DNA of 61,602 nucleotides from a bacterium. GTDB lineage: Bacteria; Sysuimicrobiota; Sysuimicrobiia; Sysuimicrobiales; Kaftiobacteriaceae. The translations under genes and the position numbers were made by a program. The stretch covers positions 1 through 61,602 of the forward strand of contig DASWFZ010000098.1 of the NCBI GenBank assembly GCA_036393975.1, written 5' to 3'. Under the pieces are notes generated by a model that made no database searches, had not been told where the DNA came from, and saw only the letters and a list, made by a program, of their open reading frames with translations. Of this stretch, positions 1 to 8,885 are shown in pieces (the stretch's first letter is position 1; every line of letters begins with the position of its first letter).

Positions 1-1
1 C

Positions 2-817
2 TGGAAAAACATCGCGTCCCAACTCGCGTCCAATGCGGCGGGGCTCCTCGTCTACCTTTTCCTGGTCCCGCTGGCCCTGGTAGGAATGCGTCGATATCGC
101 TTCAGCCGGTTGTCCTGGCGAGGGATTCGATTTTCCTTTCGTGGGCGAGTGCGCGACTTTCTTAAACTCTTCCTCCGCGGCGCGATCTTCACGGGCCTCA
201 CGTTCGGTCTGTACACACCCTTCTTTCAGACGCAGCAACGGAAGTTCTTTTCCGAAAACACGTACTTCGGCAATGCGCGGTTTGCGTTTGACGGAAAGGG
301 CAGCGACCTGTTCGGGCGGCTTCTTCTCTGCTTGGTGGGGGTGGGGACGGCGTTCGGCGTCGCAGCGGTTGTCGCCGCGGCGACGGTGGGCCAGTTTCGA
401 TTCTCCCGCCTCTCTGGGCGGCCAGACGAGATGAGCCAGGTGGTAGTCGCAGCCCTCCCGGGGTTTGCGGTTGCCGTTCTCGTGGCGGTCGTGGTGGTGT
501 TCTGGTATCTGGCGTACCGCCACCGATACTACTGGAGTCATACGTCGTTCCAGGCAGCGCGATTTCGGTCTACGGTTACCGCCGGCAAGCTCCTGTGGCT
601 GTGGGTCAGCAACCTCCTCTTAATCATCGTTACCCTGGGAATCGCGATCCCCTGGGTGCTCGCCCGAAATGTTCGATTCAACTTAGCCAACATCACACTG
701 ATCGGATCGTTGGATCTATCGAGCGTTGTGCAAGAAGCGCAGCAGGCCGGGGCGGGGGCGGAGAGTTTGGCAGGAATGCTGAATATCGATTTTGCCGGTT
801 TCGATTTACCCTTCTAG
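2..817 (+). CDS. DUF898/YjgN-family integral membrane protein; 5' end lies outside the window
   Basis: The frame is open from nt 2, so the ATG at 86 listed in the ORF track is internal. Multi-pass hydrophobic protein with the duplicated YjgN-type pattern (TGLTFGLYTPFFQTQQRKF ... VTLGIAIPWVLARNVRF). Stop TAG at 815-817. Confidence 0.7.
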   Translation, partial: WKNIASQLASNAAGLLVYLFLVPLALVGMRRYRFSRLSWRGIRFSFRGRVRDFLKLFLRGAIFTGLTFGLYTPFFQTQQRKFFSENTYFGNARFAFDGKGSDLFGRLLLCLVGVGTAFGVAAVVAAATVGQFRFSRLSGRPDEMSQVVVAALPGFAVAVLVAVVVVFWYLAYRHRYYWSHTSFQAARFRSTVTAGKLLWLWVSNLLLIIVTLGIAIPWVLARNVRFNLANITLIGSLDLSSVVQEAQQAGAGAESLAGMLNIDFAGFDLPF

Positions 818-826
818 ACCGATCCC

Positions 827-1927
827 ATGGCAGCGGATCCTAACCGAGAGTGGAGCGGCTGGTACTACGACGGCCGGACAGCGCAACGCACCCCCGTCGT
901 GGTCCATCTGCAGCGCGAGGGTCTCACACTCATCCCCCGCGAGGGAGCCTCACGCTGGTGGCGATTCGCCGATATCCGTCAGACTCAGGGCAACCACCCC
1001 GGCGAGCCGATTCGCTTCGAGCACGGCAGCGATCCCGCGGAAGTACTAATCGTCTCTGATGGGGCGATTCTCGCCGCGATTCGGGAAATCGCGCCCCCGC
1101 GTGCCATGCGGGTCCACGTCCCTACCCGACGGACTGTGTGGACGGTCGCGACGGTGGGGACGGTGGTTGCGATCGTCGTCGTGTGGTGGCTCCTGTATGC
1201 CTGGGGGATTCCGGCGCTAGCCGATGCCGTGGCCGCACGTCTTCCGGTGGCGTGGGAGGAACAACTGGGCGCCACCGTCACCGATACCGTCGCCCCCCTG
1301 GAGCGGCGGTGCTCGCGGCCAGCGCAGTATGCCGCCCTGAAAGACATCCTCGGGAGATTGACGGCGTCAGGACCGTCCGCAGCCTACCGGTACACCCTGA
1401 TTGTCACCACGGACGAAACCCCAAATGCGTTTGCGGCGCCGGGCGGCTTCGTCGTGGTGACCCGGGGTCTGCTCCGTGTGAGCGATCGTCCGGAAGAAGT
1501 CGCAGGCGTCATGGCCCACGAAATTCAACACGTCGTGCACCGCCATGGCACGAAGCTGCTGGTCCGCGAACTCTCTCTGCAAGCGCTGGTGAGCCTGGCA
1601 GCCGGCGATCTCCGCGGGCTGCGGTCCACGCTGGACGCGGCCCGCAGTCTGGGCGGCTTGCGCTACCGGCGTGCCGATGAGATGCTCGCGGATCACGACG
1701 CGGTCGGCCTGCTGGCGACCTCCCACGTCGATCCGCGCGGCTTGCAGCAGTTCTTCGAGAAGATCAAGCAGTCGTCCGCGATTCAGCTCCCCGCCTACCT
1801 GTCGACCCATCCCCCACTTGAGGAGCGCATCGCCGCCGTGAGCCGCCTCGTTGCATCGACCCCGGCCCAACCCATCCCTCTGTTGCCGGACTACCCCTGG
1901 ACCGAGATCACGCAGATCTGCCAGTAA
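827..1927 (+). CDS. M48-family zinc metallopeptidase with an N-terminal domain and one TM helix
   Basis: HExxH motif MAHEIQHVVHRH plus downstream STHPPLEERI, as in HtpX/Ste24-type M48 peptidases. TM segment WTVATVGTVVAIVVVWWLLYAWGI. Starts 10 nt after the DUF898 stop. Confidence 0.8.
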   Translation: MAADPNREWSGWYYDGRTAQRTPVVVHLQREGLTLIPREGASRWWRFADIRQTQGNHPGEPIRFEHGSDPAEVLIVSDGAILAAIREIAPPRAMRVHVPTRRTVWTVATVGTVVAIVVVWWLLYAWGIPALADAVAARLPVAWEEQLGATVTDTVAPLERRCSRPAQYAALKDILGRLTASGPSAAYRYTLIVTTDETPNAFAAPGGFVVVTRGLLRVSDRPEEVAGVMAHEIQHVVHRHGTKLLVRELSLQALVSLAAGDLRGLRSTLDAARSLGGLRYRRADEMLADHDAVGLLATSHVDPRGLQQFFEKIKQSSAIQLPAYLSTHPPLEERIAAVSRLVASTPAQPIPLLPDYPWTEITQICQ

Positions 1928-1982
1928 AAAGGGCGTCCCGGAGCTCCTTCCCGAAGGAGTTATAGTCCCCGGTGAGCTAAAC
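1876..1982 (+). repeat. Copy A of a diverged ~100-bp direct repeat (3' end of the M48 gene plus downstream spacer)
   Basis: 1877-1927 aligns by hand with 4187-4237 at 44 of 51 positions. Shorter shared blocks (GGGCGTCCC, CGGTGAGC) continue downstream in both copies. Confidence 0.7.
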
Positions 1983-2213
1983 ACCCCTATTGCCAATCCA
2001 CATATAGAGCCGAGCGTCCAAACTGACCGAGGGCACGGCGGCTGCTCCACGGTCTTCCTTTGACTCGTCATGCTCTTCTGAAATGAACGCCACTGGGGGA
2101 GTCAGGTTGACCGAAAGTCTATTCTGTTGACCTGCCCGAAGATTCTTGCTAGATGGCAGAGGTTAGCCGGTCACATGAAAGAAAGTACATCGAGTGAAGA
2201 AAGGGGATTGCAG

Positions 2214-4055
2214 ATGAGAACGCGACGCCTTGTCTCGCTGATGATTCCCGTCTTCGTAGCGCTCTCCTCCGGAGCCTGGCCCGCCTCGGCCAGCCTGGAT
2301 CCGGGGGTGGGCAACATTCCGCAGGGGACGCAGAGCGACACCACCTACGCAGATAGCTTCGCGGCCAACCACGTCACGAACGTCGACGCAACGACGGGGC
2401 AGGTCAGCTGCTACCGCCCCGAGGTGGAATACTTGGTCAACAACGGACCAAACGACGGGTACAGCGGTGAGTCGCTGTGCTCTCGTGCCACGACCGGCGA
2501 GGACACGGGGGCTGGCGGTCCCTATCCGACGCAGGTCGGCAGCAATCCCGGTTACCCTGCCCCCAGCCCCAAACTGGTCAAGGACCACTCCGAATCGGAC
2601 ATCCGGGTCGACCCGACAAACCCGAAGCACCTGATCGGCTCGGTCAAGTGGATCGTGAGCCCCGAGGGCTACAACCACGTCCTCGGCTTTTACGAGTCCT
2701 TCGACGGCGGCATGACATGGCCGATCCAGGGACACATCCCCGGCTACGAGGGCTGGACCGACAACACCGACCCGGTCGGAGCCTTCGACGGGTTTGGCAA
2801 CTTCTACGAGCTCATCCTGCCCTACCAGTTCTTCTACAACAGCGATGGGTCACACAACTTCACCGTGGGTACGGTCCAGGAGCCCAACCCGGTCGTTCCG
2901 GCCGAGGTGATCTCGATCGCGGTCCGGCCCCATGGTTCCTCCACAGCCAGCCAGTGGATCACCACCCACGACGGCCATCCGGACTACGTGGCGACCTATG
3001 ACAGCAAGGGCAACGAACCGGACAAACAGTGGATCACGATCGACACCAACCCGCATAGCCCGCACTACAACCGGGTCTACGCGATGTGGGTCGACTTCCA
3101 CACCCTGACACCGGTGCCCTACGTGTCGTTCGCGGACGCGAACGCAGACGGGACCCACACCGACTGGTCGCCGCCGCAGGTGCTGCCTGTGACTCCGCAT
3201 CACCCCCAGGGCGTGACCTACCTACTGCCGCACGTGGACCCGACCGGCGCCGTCTACACCACCCTTACCAACTTCAACCCCAAAAAGGGCTTCTGCTGCG
3301 TCTCGATCTTCGTCGACAAGTCGACCGACGGGGGTGTGACCTGGTCGGTGGTCGGGACGGCGGTCGCCAGCGCGACGCCGCCGCCGTTGATCTATCCCAA
3401 CACTACCTTCCGGGATGGGATTGAGAATACGTTCGCTGTCGGAAATCAGCTCGACACCCAAGGCTTCTACCCGCTGTACGTGGCCTACGAGGACTTCAGC
3501 GCGGGTGTCGACAACGTGCTGCTGACAGCCTCCTACGACGGGGGCGCGACCTGGTCGAGCCCGATCCAGGTCAACGACAACCTGAGTCCGGTGGACGAGT
3601 TCCAGCCGAACCTGGCAGTCGCCGCGAACGGGACGGTGAGCGTCAACTTTTACGACCGGCGTCTCGCCTGCCCGGTCGCCGGAACGCTAGAGGCGGCCAA
3701 CGCGGGGCTGGCGCGGGATCAGGTGAACCCGCACTACAGCGGAGCCCTGCCGCCCTACGGCGCGACCAACTACTGCGTCAACGCCAGCATCCAGTTCTAT
3801 GGCCCTATGCTCAACCCGAAGGGCCACAACATCCGGCTCACGGCGCACACCTGGGATCCCCAGCTCAACGCCCCGCACCCCGCGAATGCTTTCAACAACG
3901 GCTACACTTTCATCGGCGACTACTTCGGCAACGACATCGGCCCGGGCGAGCACGGTAACTACATCGACTACTCGACCTTCACTAGCACCTATAACGATGG
4001 CACTAACCCGGAAAACCGGCAGCAACAGGTGGTGGCCACGGTGGCTGTACCGTAG
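2214..4055 (+). CDS. Secreted BNR/Asp-box repeat protein (sialidase-superfamily beta-propeller, glycosidase-like)
   Basis: Three S-x-D-x-G-x-T-W Asp-box motifs (SFDGGMTWP, STDGGVTWS, SYDGGATWS). Signal peptide MRTRRLVSLMIPVFVALSSGAWPASA follows the ATG at 2214, which has GAAAGGGGA upstream. The longest ORF begins at 2127. Confidence 0.65.
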   Translation: MRTRRLVSLMIPVFVALSSGAWPASASLDPGVGNIPQGTQSDTTYADSFAANHVTNVDATTGQVSCYRPEVEYLVNNGPNDGYSGESLCSRATTGEDTGAGGPYPTQVGSNPGYPAPSPKLVKDHSESDIRVDPTNPKHLIGSVKWIVSPEGYNHVLGFYESFDGGMTWPIQGHIPGYEGWTDNTDPVGAFDGFGNFYELILPYQFFYNSDGSHNFTVGTVQEPNPVVPAEVISIAVRPHGSSTASQWITTHDGHPDYVATYDSKGNEPDKQWITIDTNPHSPHYNRVYAMWVDFHTLTPVPYVSFADANADGTHTDWSPPQVLPVTPHHPQGVTYLLPHVDPTGAVYTTLTNFNPKKGFCCVSIFVDKSTDGGVTWSVVGTAVASATPPPLIYPNTTFRDGIENTFAVGNQLDTQGFYPLYVAYEDFSAGVDNVLLTASYDGGATWSSPIQVNDNLSPVDEFQPNLAVAANGTVSVNFYDRRLACPVAGTLEAANAGLARDQVNPHYSGALPPYGATNYCVNASIQFYGPMLNPKGHNIRLTAHTWDPQLNAPHPANAFNNGYTFIGDYFGNDIGPGEHGNYIDYSTFTSTYNDGTNPENRQQQVVATVAVP

Positions 4056-4111
4056 CCGACTGACAGACGGAATCAGCCGCAGGCGTTCGGCGGATAGCTT
4101 GTGTCGCGGAT

Positions 4112-4138
4112 CGGCGCCACCGGGCCCTGGTGGCGCCG
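4112..4138 (+). terminator. GC-rich hairpin downstream of the BNR gene (possible terminator; no U tract)
   Basis: CGGCGCCACC-GGGCCCT-GGTGGCGCCG gives a 10-bp perfect stem with a 7-nt loop, 57 nt after the stop codon. Confidence 0.35.
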
Positions 4139-4182
4139 AATCAGATCCACCTATCAGGTGACGGGCGAAGGACCCGCCGATC

Positions 4183-4280
4183 TGTTCCTCTGTTGTCGTA
4201 CTATCCCTGGGCCGAGATCACGCAGGTCTGCCAATGAGAGACGTTCGGGCGTCCCTCACGCCGCGGTGAGCCAGTAACTC
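4183..4280 (+). repeat. Copy B of the M48 3'-end repeat (orphan gene fragment)
   Basis: Translates in one frame as VPLLSYYPWAEITQVCQ-stop, compared with IPLLPDYPWTEITQICQ-stop at the end of the intact M48 gene. No upstream coding continuation is visible. Confidence 0.7.
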
Positions 4281-4285
4281 AGTCT

Positions 4286-5431
4286 TCAATCCCCATCACT
4301 GAAGTAGACGCCGATACAGCCGTTCGGGCAGCTGAAGCTGCCGGTGGTGCTGCCCGGCGGCAGCGGCACGAAGACATGGTTATTTGCTCGATTCGCCGCG
4401 ACCGAGTGAACGCCGTGCGACCCCGTGGGGACGGTGCCGAGCAGCATATTCGTCGCGGCGTCGATAATGCCCAGGACCGGCCCCGGCGTATTGTTTCGCG
4501 CGGCCAGATAGTAATTGCCATCACCCGGGTTGAACCAGACCTGGTCGGAGCCACCCACCAGCGTGGTCGAAGCCACGATCGCGCCCGTCCGCGCATTCAC
4601 GACCAGCGTTTCCTGCGTCTGGCACCCGACGATGAGGTGCTGGTGAGGTGTGAGAGCCAGGCCCCCGCCCTCACAGGTGCCGATATGGAGCTTATTCGTG
4701 ACTGTCCTCGTCCGGGGATCGATCTGCGCAATGTAGCTATCGCCACCGGTGTTGGGAACGTTTAAGTAGAACCGGCGGGTCGCCGGATCCCAGACCGACT
4801 GCTCCAGACCGTTGTCCGCATCGGCAAACACGAGCGTCCCGAGGACCGTACGGGTGTCGGTCGAGATGAAGGTCAGGTAAGGGGGGGTGTCGGCGTCGTT
4901 TGCCACCACCAGGATGTGATCATCCGGATCAAAAGCCATCTCGTCGGCGCGCGCCTGGCCGCCCGTGGAGATGGTGGCCACAATCTCAGGTGGAGTGGCC
5001 TTGAGGTCGATGACCTTAACGGTGCTGCACGGCGGGGCGGAGCACACTGGATTGTTACTCGGCCCGTCACCCACCCACAGCTCATGGAGGCTGTGGATGA
5101 CGAGGATCCCGTTGGGACCCGAGGTGTCATTGTTCCCCGAGAAGCCGACAAAGTGACCGTGGGCCAGCGTCTGGACGAAAGTGTCAGTTCGCGCATCGAT
5201 GACGTCGATCTGCTTGTTGGTCCGATCGGCTAGGTAGTAGGTCTGGGACGGTTCATCGACCCAGCTGATATCGAACCTTTGCACTTTTTCGCTGTTGGGC
5301 AACTTGATTACGGCTTTCAGCCCGAAGTTCTTGACGCTGTCCGCGTCGCCAGCGCGGCCTGGTCCGGCACTAACGAGAAAGGCAGTGATGACAAGAACCA
5401 CACACAGTGCGAGAGAGCAATTCCGCATCAT
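4286..5431 (-). CDS. Secreted beta-propeller repeat protein (YncE/lactonase-like fold suspected; function unknown)
   Basis: Signal peptide MMRNCSLALCVVLVITAFLVSAGPGRAG with a GGGGGAGG RBS about 7 nt upstream. Repetitive beta-strand-rich sequence (QTYYLADRTNKQIDVIDARTDTFV ...). Confidence 0.6.
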   Translation of the reverse strand: MMRNCSLALCVVLVITAFLVSAGPGRAGDADSVKNFGLKAVIKLPNSEKVQRFDISWVDEPSQTYYLADRTNKQIDVIDARTDTFVQTLAHGHFVGFSGNNDTSGPNGILVIHSLHELWVGDGPSNNPVCSAPPCSTVKVIDLKATPPEIVATISTGGQARADEMAFDPDDHILVVANDADTPPYLTFISTDTRTVLGTLVFADADNGLEQSVWDPATRRFYLNVPNTGGDSYIAQIDPRTRTVTNKLHIGTCEGGGLALTPHQHLIVGCQTQETLVVNARTGAIVASTTLVGGSDQVWFNPGDGNYYLAARNNTPGPVLGIIDAATNMLLGTVPTGSHGVHSVAANRANNHVFVPLPPGSTTGSFSCPNGCIGVYFSDGD

Positions 5432-6132
5432 GGCAAAACCTCCCCCAAGGCTAGAATGACTGTGGCACTAATCGCCCTATTGTGTGCACACCCGGACGTT
5501 TTGGCTTGTTCTCGTGGTGCGTGCTATATCCTGCACACCGCACGTCGTTCCCATGGACACGCAAGGGACGGCGACCCACGCAACGTCCGTCGTGTGGAAC
5601 CCGTCGGGCGACGCTGCGGCGAGGGACGAATGGGCCCCAGCGTCCGGAGAGGACCGGAAAAATTGCCGCTGTCCTGGCGGAGACGAACCAAGAAACCATA
5701 GTGTTGCGAGGCCCAAGCGTTAGGCGTGGGTTTCCTTTTGTTAGAATCAATGTTACTCGGCGATTGCAACCAAGGGGCCCGCGGTTTCTAGCAAGCCCTG
5801 ATGCTCTTCAAACAACATCACCTCTACGCAATTACTCTCGAATGCCCTAATTGAGGTATTTTTGGACGAGAATGTTGCCCGGCCCGAAGTGTACCACCCA
5901 CCTCGATCTACCTGACACGGGAATCGTAAAGGAAGCTAGCGAGCCAGGATCAATCCGCAATGCGCCTAGCCTCGACGCTGAGCCGATAGCATCCGCCTGA
6001 ATGCCCTTACGGGGCACACTCCGCAAGCGTCAGGGAAAGCAGAGACTTACGAGGCATGATGACGCCGGTGGTAATGCGTGAGCGGCTTGCGATGTGCAAC
6101 AAATCTGACCCAAGTCAGCTGGGGGTGGTTCC

Positions 6133-6882
6133 CTACTTCACCCCGATCTTTTTCGCGACTGTGGGGTTGAGCGCGTAGACGCCCACCACCTCGCCTCTGG
6201 CGACCACATGGCCCTGCATGGCCTTTAACACATCGGGGCCGGTGAACTTTCCCGAGAGCCCGAGGTGCGGCACGTTCAGCGCGTACACAGCGAAGTGGTA
6301 ATGATGGGGGATCGCATCGTTCCACGGCGGGCACGGACCGTCATAACCACCATAATCTCCTGCCATCTGAGCATCGCCGGCAAACCAGTTGGTGTAGTCG
6401 TTCACTCCGCGAACCCCGTACTGCGCGGGACCCGGCGCTTTGCCGCGGGGGGTGACCCCGTCGGAGTCAGCCCCAGGGGGCAACGCGGTTACGCTTGCCG
6501 GAATGTCGACGAGAATCCAGTGGTAGAAGGAGACGCGCTTTACGCTGGCGGGAACGACCTTGCCCTCCTTATTCACGTTCTCCCCTGAAGATGGGACGTC
6601 GGGATCGAACATCACGATCGCGTAGGATGCCGTTCCGGCCGGCCCTTTCGACCACTGGATCGCCGGACTCTTGTTGAGACCCAACGCCACATGTCCTGTC
6701 TTGGCGGGAATGCAAAATGCGAAGTCGCGTGGGATAGCCTTGCCCGGAGTGATCCCACGTACGGTCACTTTGAGAGACGCTACTCCTGCCGCAGTCACCA
6801 TCGTCTCCCCCGCCCATAGCACAAGACTAAAAATGGCCACCAGGGCCACACCCTGCGATGTCCAGTTCTTTTGCGGCAACAT
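6133..6882 (-). CDS. YbhB/YbcL-type PEBP (Raf-kinase-inhibitor-like) family protein, secreted
   Basis: C-terminal GPCPPWNDAIPHHYHFAVYALNVPHLGL is the PEBP signature region. The ATG at 6882 is preceded by GGAGGAGGAG, whereas the ORF-track start at 6930 lacks an RBS. An N-terminal hydrophobic signal is present. Confidence 0.8.
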   Translation of the reverse strand: MLPQKNWTSQGVALVAIFSLVLWAGETMVTAAGVASLKVTVRGITPGKAIPRDFAFCIPAKTGHVALGLNKSPAIQWSKGPAGTASYAIVMFDPDVPSSGENVNKEGKVVPASVKRVSFYHWILVDIPASVTALPPGADSDGVTPRGKAPGPAQYGVRGVNDYTNWFAGDAQMAGDYGGYDGPCPPWNDAIPHHYHFAVYALNVPHLGLSGKFTGPDVLKAMQGHVVARGEVVGVYALNPTVAKKIGVK

Positions 6883-7073
6883 GGCCGACTCTCCTCCTCC
6901 GAGAGCACCGTTCGAGCGCGTAGCCTGCAAGCGCCAGCGGGTGGGGCAACGCCTACGGTGAACAATTTCCCCGATCAGTACTTCACGACACGCGCCCCAA
7001 TCCCCGCTCTCGGTAACCGGGCCCGGGCGTTTTGCCCGACGTCGCGGTGGTTTTTGCTAGAATGAGTCCTGCG

Positions 7074-7149
7074 GGGCCCGTAGCTCAGTGGACAGAGCAG
7101 GGGACTCCTAAGCCTCTGGTCGGGGGTTCGATTCCCTCCGGGCCCGCCA
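7074..7149 (+). tRNA. tRNA-Arg (anticodon CCT), CCA encoded
   Basis: Hand-folded cloverleaf. Acceptor GGGCCCG/CGGGCCC; D arm GCTC-AGTGGACA-GAGC; anticodon loop CTCCTAA (T33, CCT, A37); T arm GGGGG-TTCGATT-CCCTC; discriminator G; CCA at 7147-7149. There is one A-G mismatch at 31:39. Confidence 0.9.
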
Positions 7150-7266
7150 AATCTATCACGGGTTTCGGCGCTCCCGTCTCTCCGAACGGCTTCGTTTTGG
7201 GGCGCAGGGATGTTGCGAGGAGACGAATCCACCGCCAGAAGCCGAGAGCATGGGTGGCGGCAGAAT

Positions 7267-8490
7267 CTAGTAGTAGCGGGAGTCTTCGACAGTCTCGGCG
7301 ACAAGCCGGCCGTGGCTAATTACGTAGCGGGGAGGACGATGTACGCGGAGTGCCTCATGGACTGTGTCCCCCTGGAGGACTACCAGGTGGGCGACCCTGC
7401 CGACCGCCACACCGTAGTCGCGGAGTCCCAGCATCTGTGCCGGCAGGTCCGTGATCATGTCGAAAAGCATATCCATCTGCGCAAAGGTCGGTGTCCCGAG
7501 GATGTGCGAGGCAAGAAACGCAACCTCGATCAGATTGTGCTGCCCGTAAGGGTAGTAGGCATCCACGATGTCGTCCTGCCCCAAAGCCACGGGGATGCCC
7601 GCTTCCACAAGTTCCTTGACTCTAAGGTGGTGAGACCCGGTGTGCGGGTTGGTGACGAACCGCATCCCAGCCCGTTGGACAAGAGCAATCAGCCGTCTGA
7701 AATATGGCTCCGGGTATACCGCCATCGCGCGTGCGTGACAGGCAGTGATTCTCCCCAGCCAACCTATCCGGATCGCCGCCTCAGCCAGCATCTGTGTCGT
7801 TCGCAGTCCTGGGTCGCCTGCATCGTCGACGAGCATGGCCACGTCACGATCGTACGTCTTCGCGAGGCCAAGCATGCGTTCGACGTGCTCCTGCGCCTCG
7901 GAGTCAGTGTGCTCAGTCCACGGTATACCGCCGACCACGTCGGCCCCCAGCTCGACCGCCTCGCGCACGTAGTCTTCGGCCCCAGGGTCGCGGAGCAGCC
8001 CATCCTGCGGGAACGCTACGACGCGCACGTCCACGATCCCGCGCAGTTCATCCCGTAGCCGCAGTAGGGCCTTGACGGCTTCAAGACGCGCACGGGTGTC
8101 TGTATCGGCGAATGCCTGCACGTGCGTCACGCCGTGTTTCAGCCCATCGAGAATAGCCCGACGGGCGTTCTCGTAGATCCAGGATTCTTGGTACTTCTCC
8201 TTTAGGGACGAGGCCAGTTCAATCGCCATCATGGCCTCTCCCTTTCCGCCCGCCGTGTACCGTCGGACGGCCTGGTCGCCGATCATTGGAAGCGTATACA
8301 CCTTACAGAGGTGGAGGTGCGCATCGACGAACGAACCGGTGAGAAGGTTGCCGTCCCCTTCGAGTTCCTTCCGGCCCTGCAAGGGTTCTGGTGAGATGGC
8401 CGCGATACGCCCCTCGCGGACGCCGACATTCACGACGCCGTCGGGATGACGCCTGAGCCGGACCCCCTGGACAACCAGATCGTGCTCCAA
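7267..8490 (-). CDS. Metal-dependent amidohydrolase, cytosine deaminase (CodA)/AtzC-like
   Basis: N-terminal FVDAHLHLCK metal-binding motif and GQDDIVDAYYPYGQHNL, which closely resembles the CodA GHDDVFDPWYPLG region. Length 407 aa. Confidence 0.7.
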   Translation of the reverse strand: MEHDLVVQGVRLRRHPDGVVNVGVREGRIAAISPEPLQGRKELEGDGNLLTGSFVDAHLHLCKVYTLPMIGDQAVRRYTAGGKGEAMMAIELASSLKEKYQESWIYENARRAILDGLKHGVTHVQAFADTDTRARLEAVKALLRLRDELRGIVDVRVVAFPQDGLLRDPGAEDYVREAVELGADVVGGIPWTEHTDSEAQEHVERMLGLAKTYDRDVAMLVDDAGDPGLRTTQMLAEAAIRIGWLGRITACHARAMAVYPEPYFRRLIALVQRAGMRFVTNPHTGSHHLRVKELVEAGIPVALGQDDIVDAYYPYGQHNLIEVAFLASHILGTPTFAQMDMLFDMITDLPAQMLGLRDYGVAVGRVAHLVVLQGDTVHEALRVHRPPRYVISHGRLVAETVEDSRYY

Positions 8491-8832
8491 CGCACCTACC
8501 TCGTCTGCTAAGCGCGATCTAGGATACGAACAGCCGCGAGCGCCGATCCCGTGGCCGCACGATCCTGCCCCTTTCAGGTGTCCGCGACGCTATAGGCGTA
8601 GTCAACGATGCTTCGACCACAGTGAGGATCTTCCCGTCCTCCACGCACGATGCCTCCATCGATAACGACTGTCCGGGACGTGCACGGGTGCGCGCTGTGG
8701 GGAACCGCGATGACCAGATTGGCCGGCTCCCTTCTCTCGATCGACCCCACTTGCTCGCATGCCAGGTCGAGTCCTCGACCGAAAAGGCGCTTCCGCCCCT
8801 GTGAACGGTGGCCGTCCAGGTTCGTTTTCAGC

Positions 8833-8867
8833 TTGACATGCTGGGACAAACCGTAGTATAGGATACT
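8833..8867 (+). promoter_or_regulatory. Candidate promoter plus GntR/HutC-type operator in the divergent amidohydrolase/gntR spacer
   Basis: TTGACA at 8833-8838 is followed 15-18 nt later by TAGTAT/TATAGG. The inverted repeat AGTAT-AGG-ATACT at 8855-8867 contains the GT-N-AC core typical of GntR operators. It lies 19 nt upstream of the gntR ATG. Confidence 0.4.
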
Positions 8868-8885
8868 CAGTACCCTAAGAATCCT

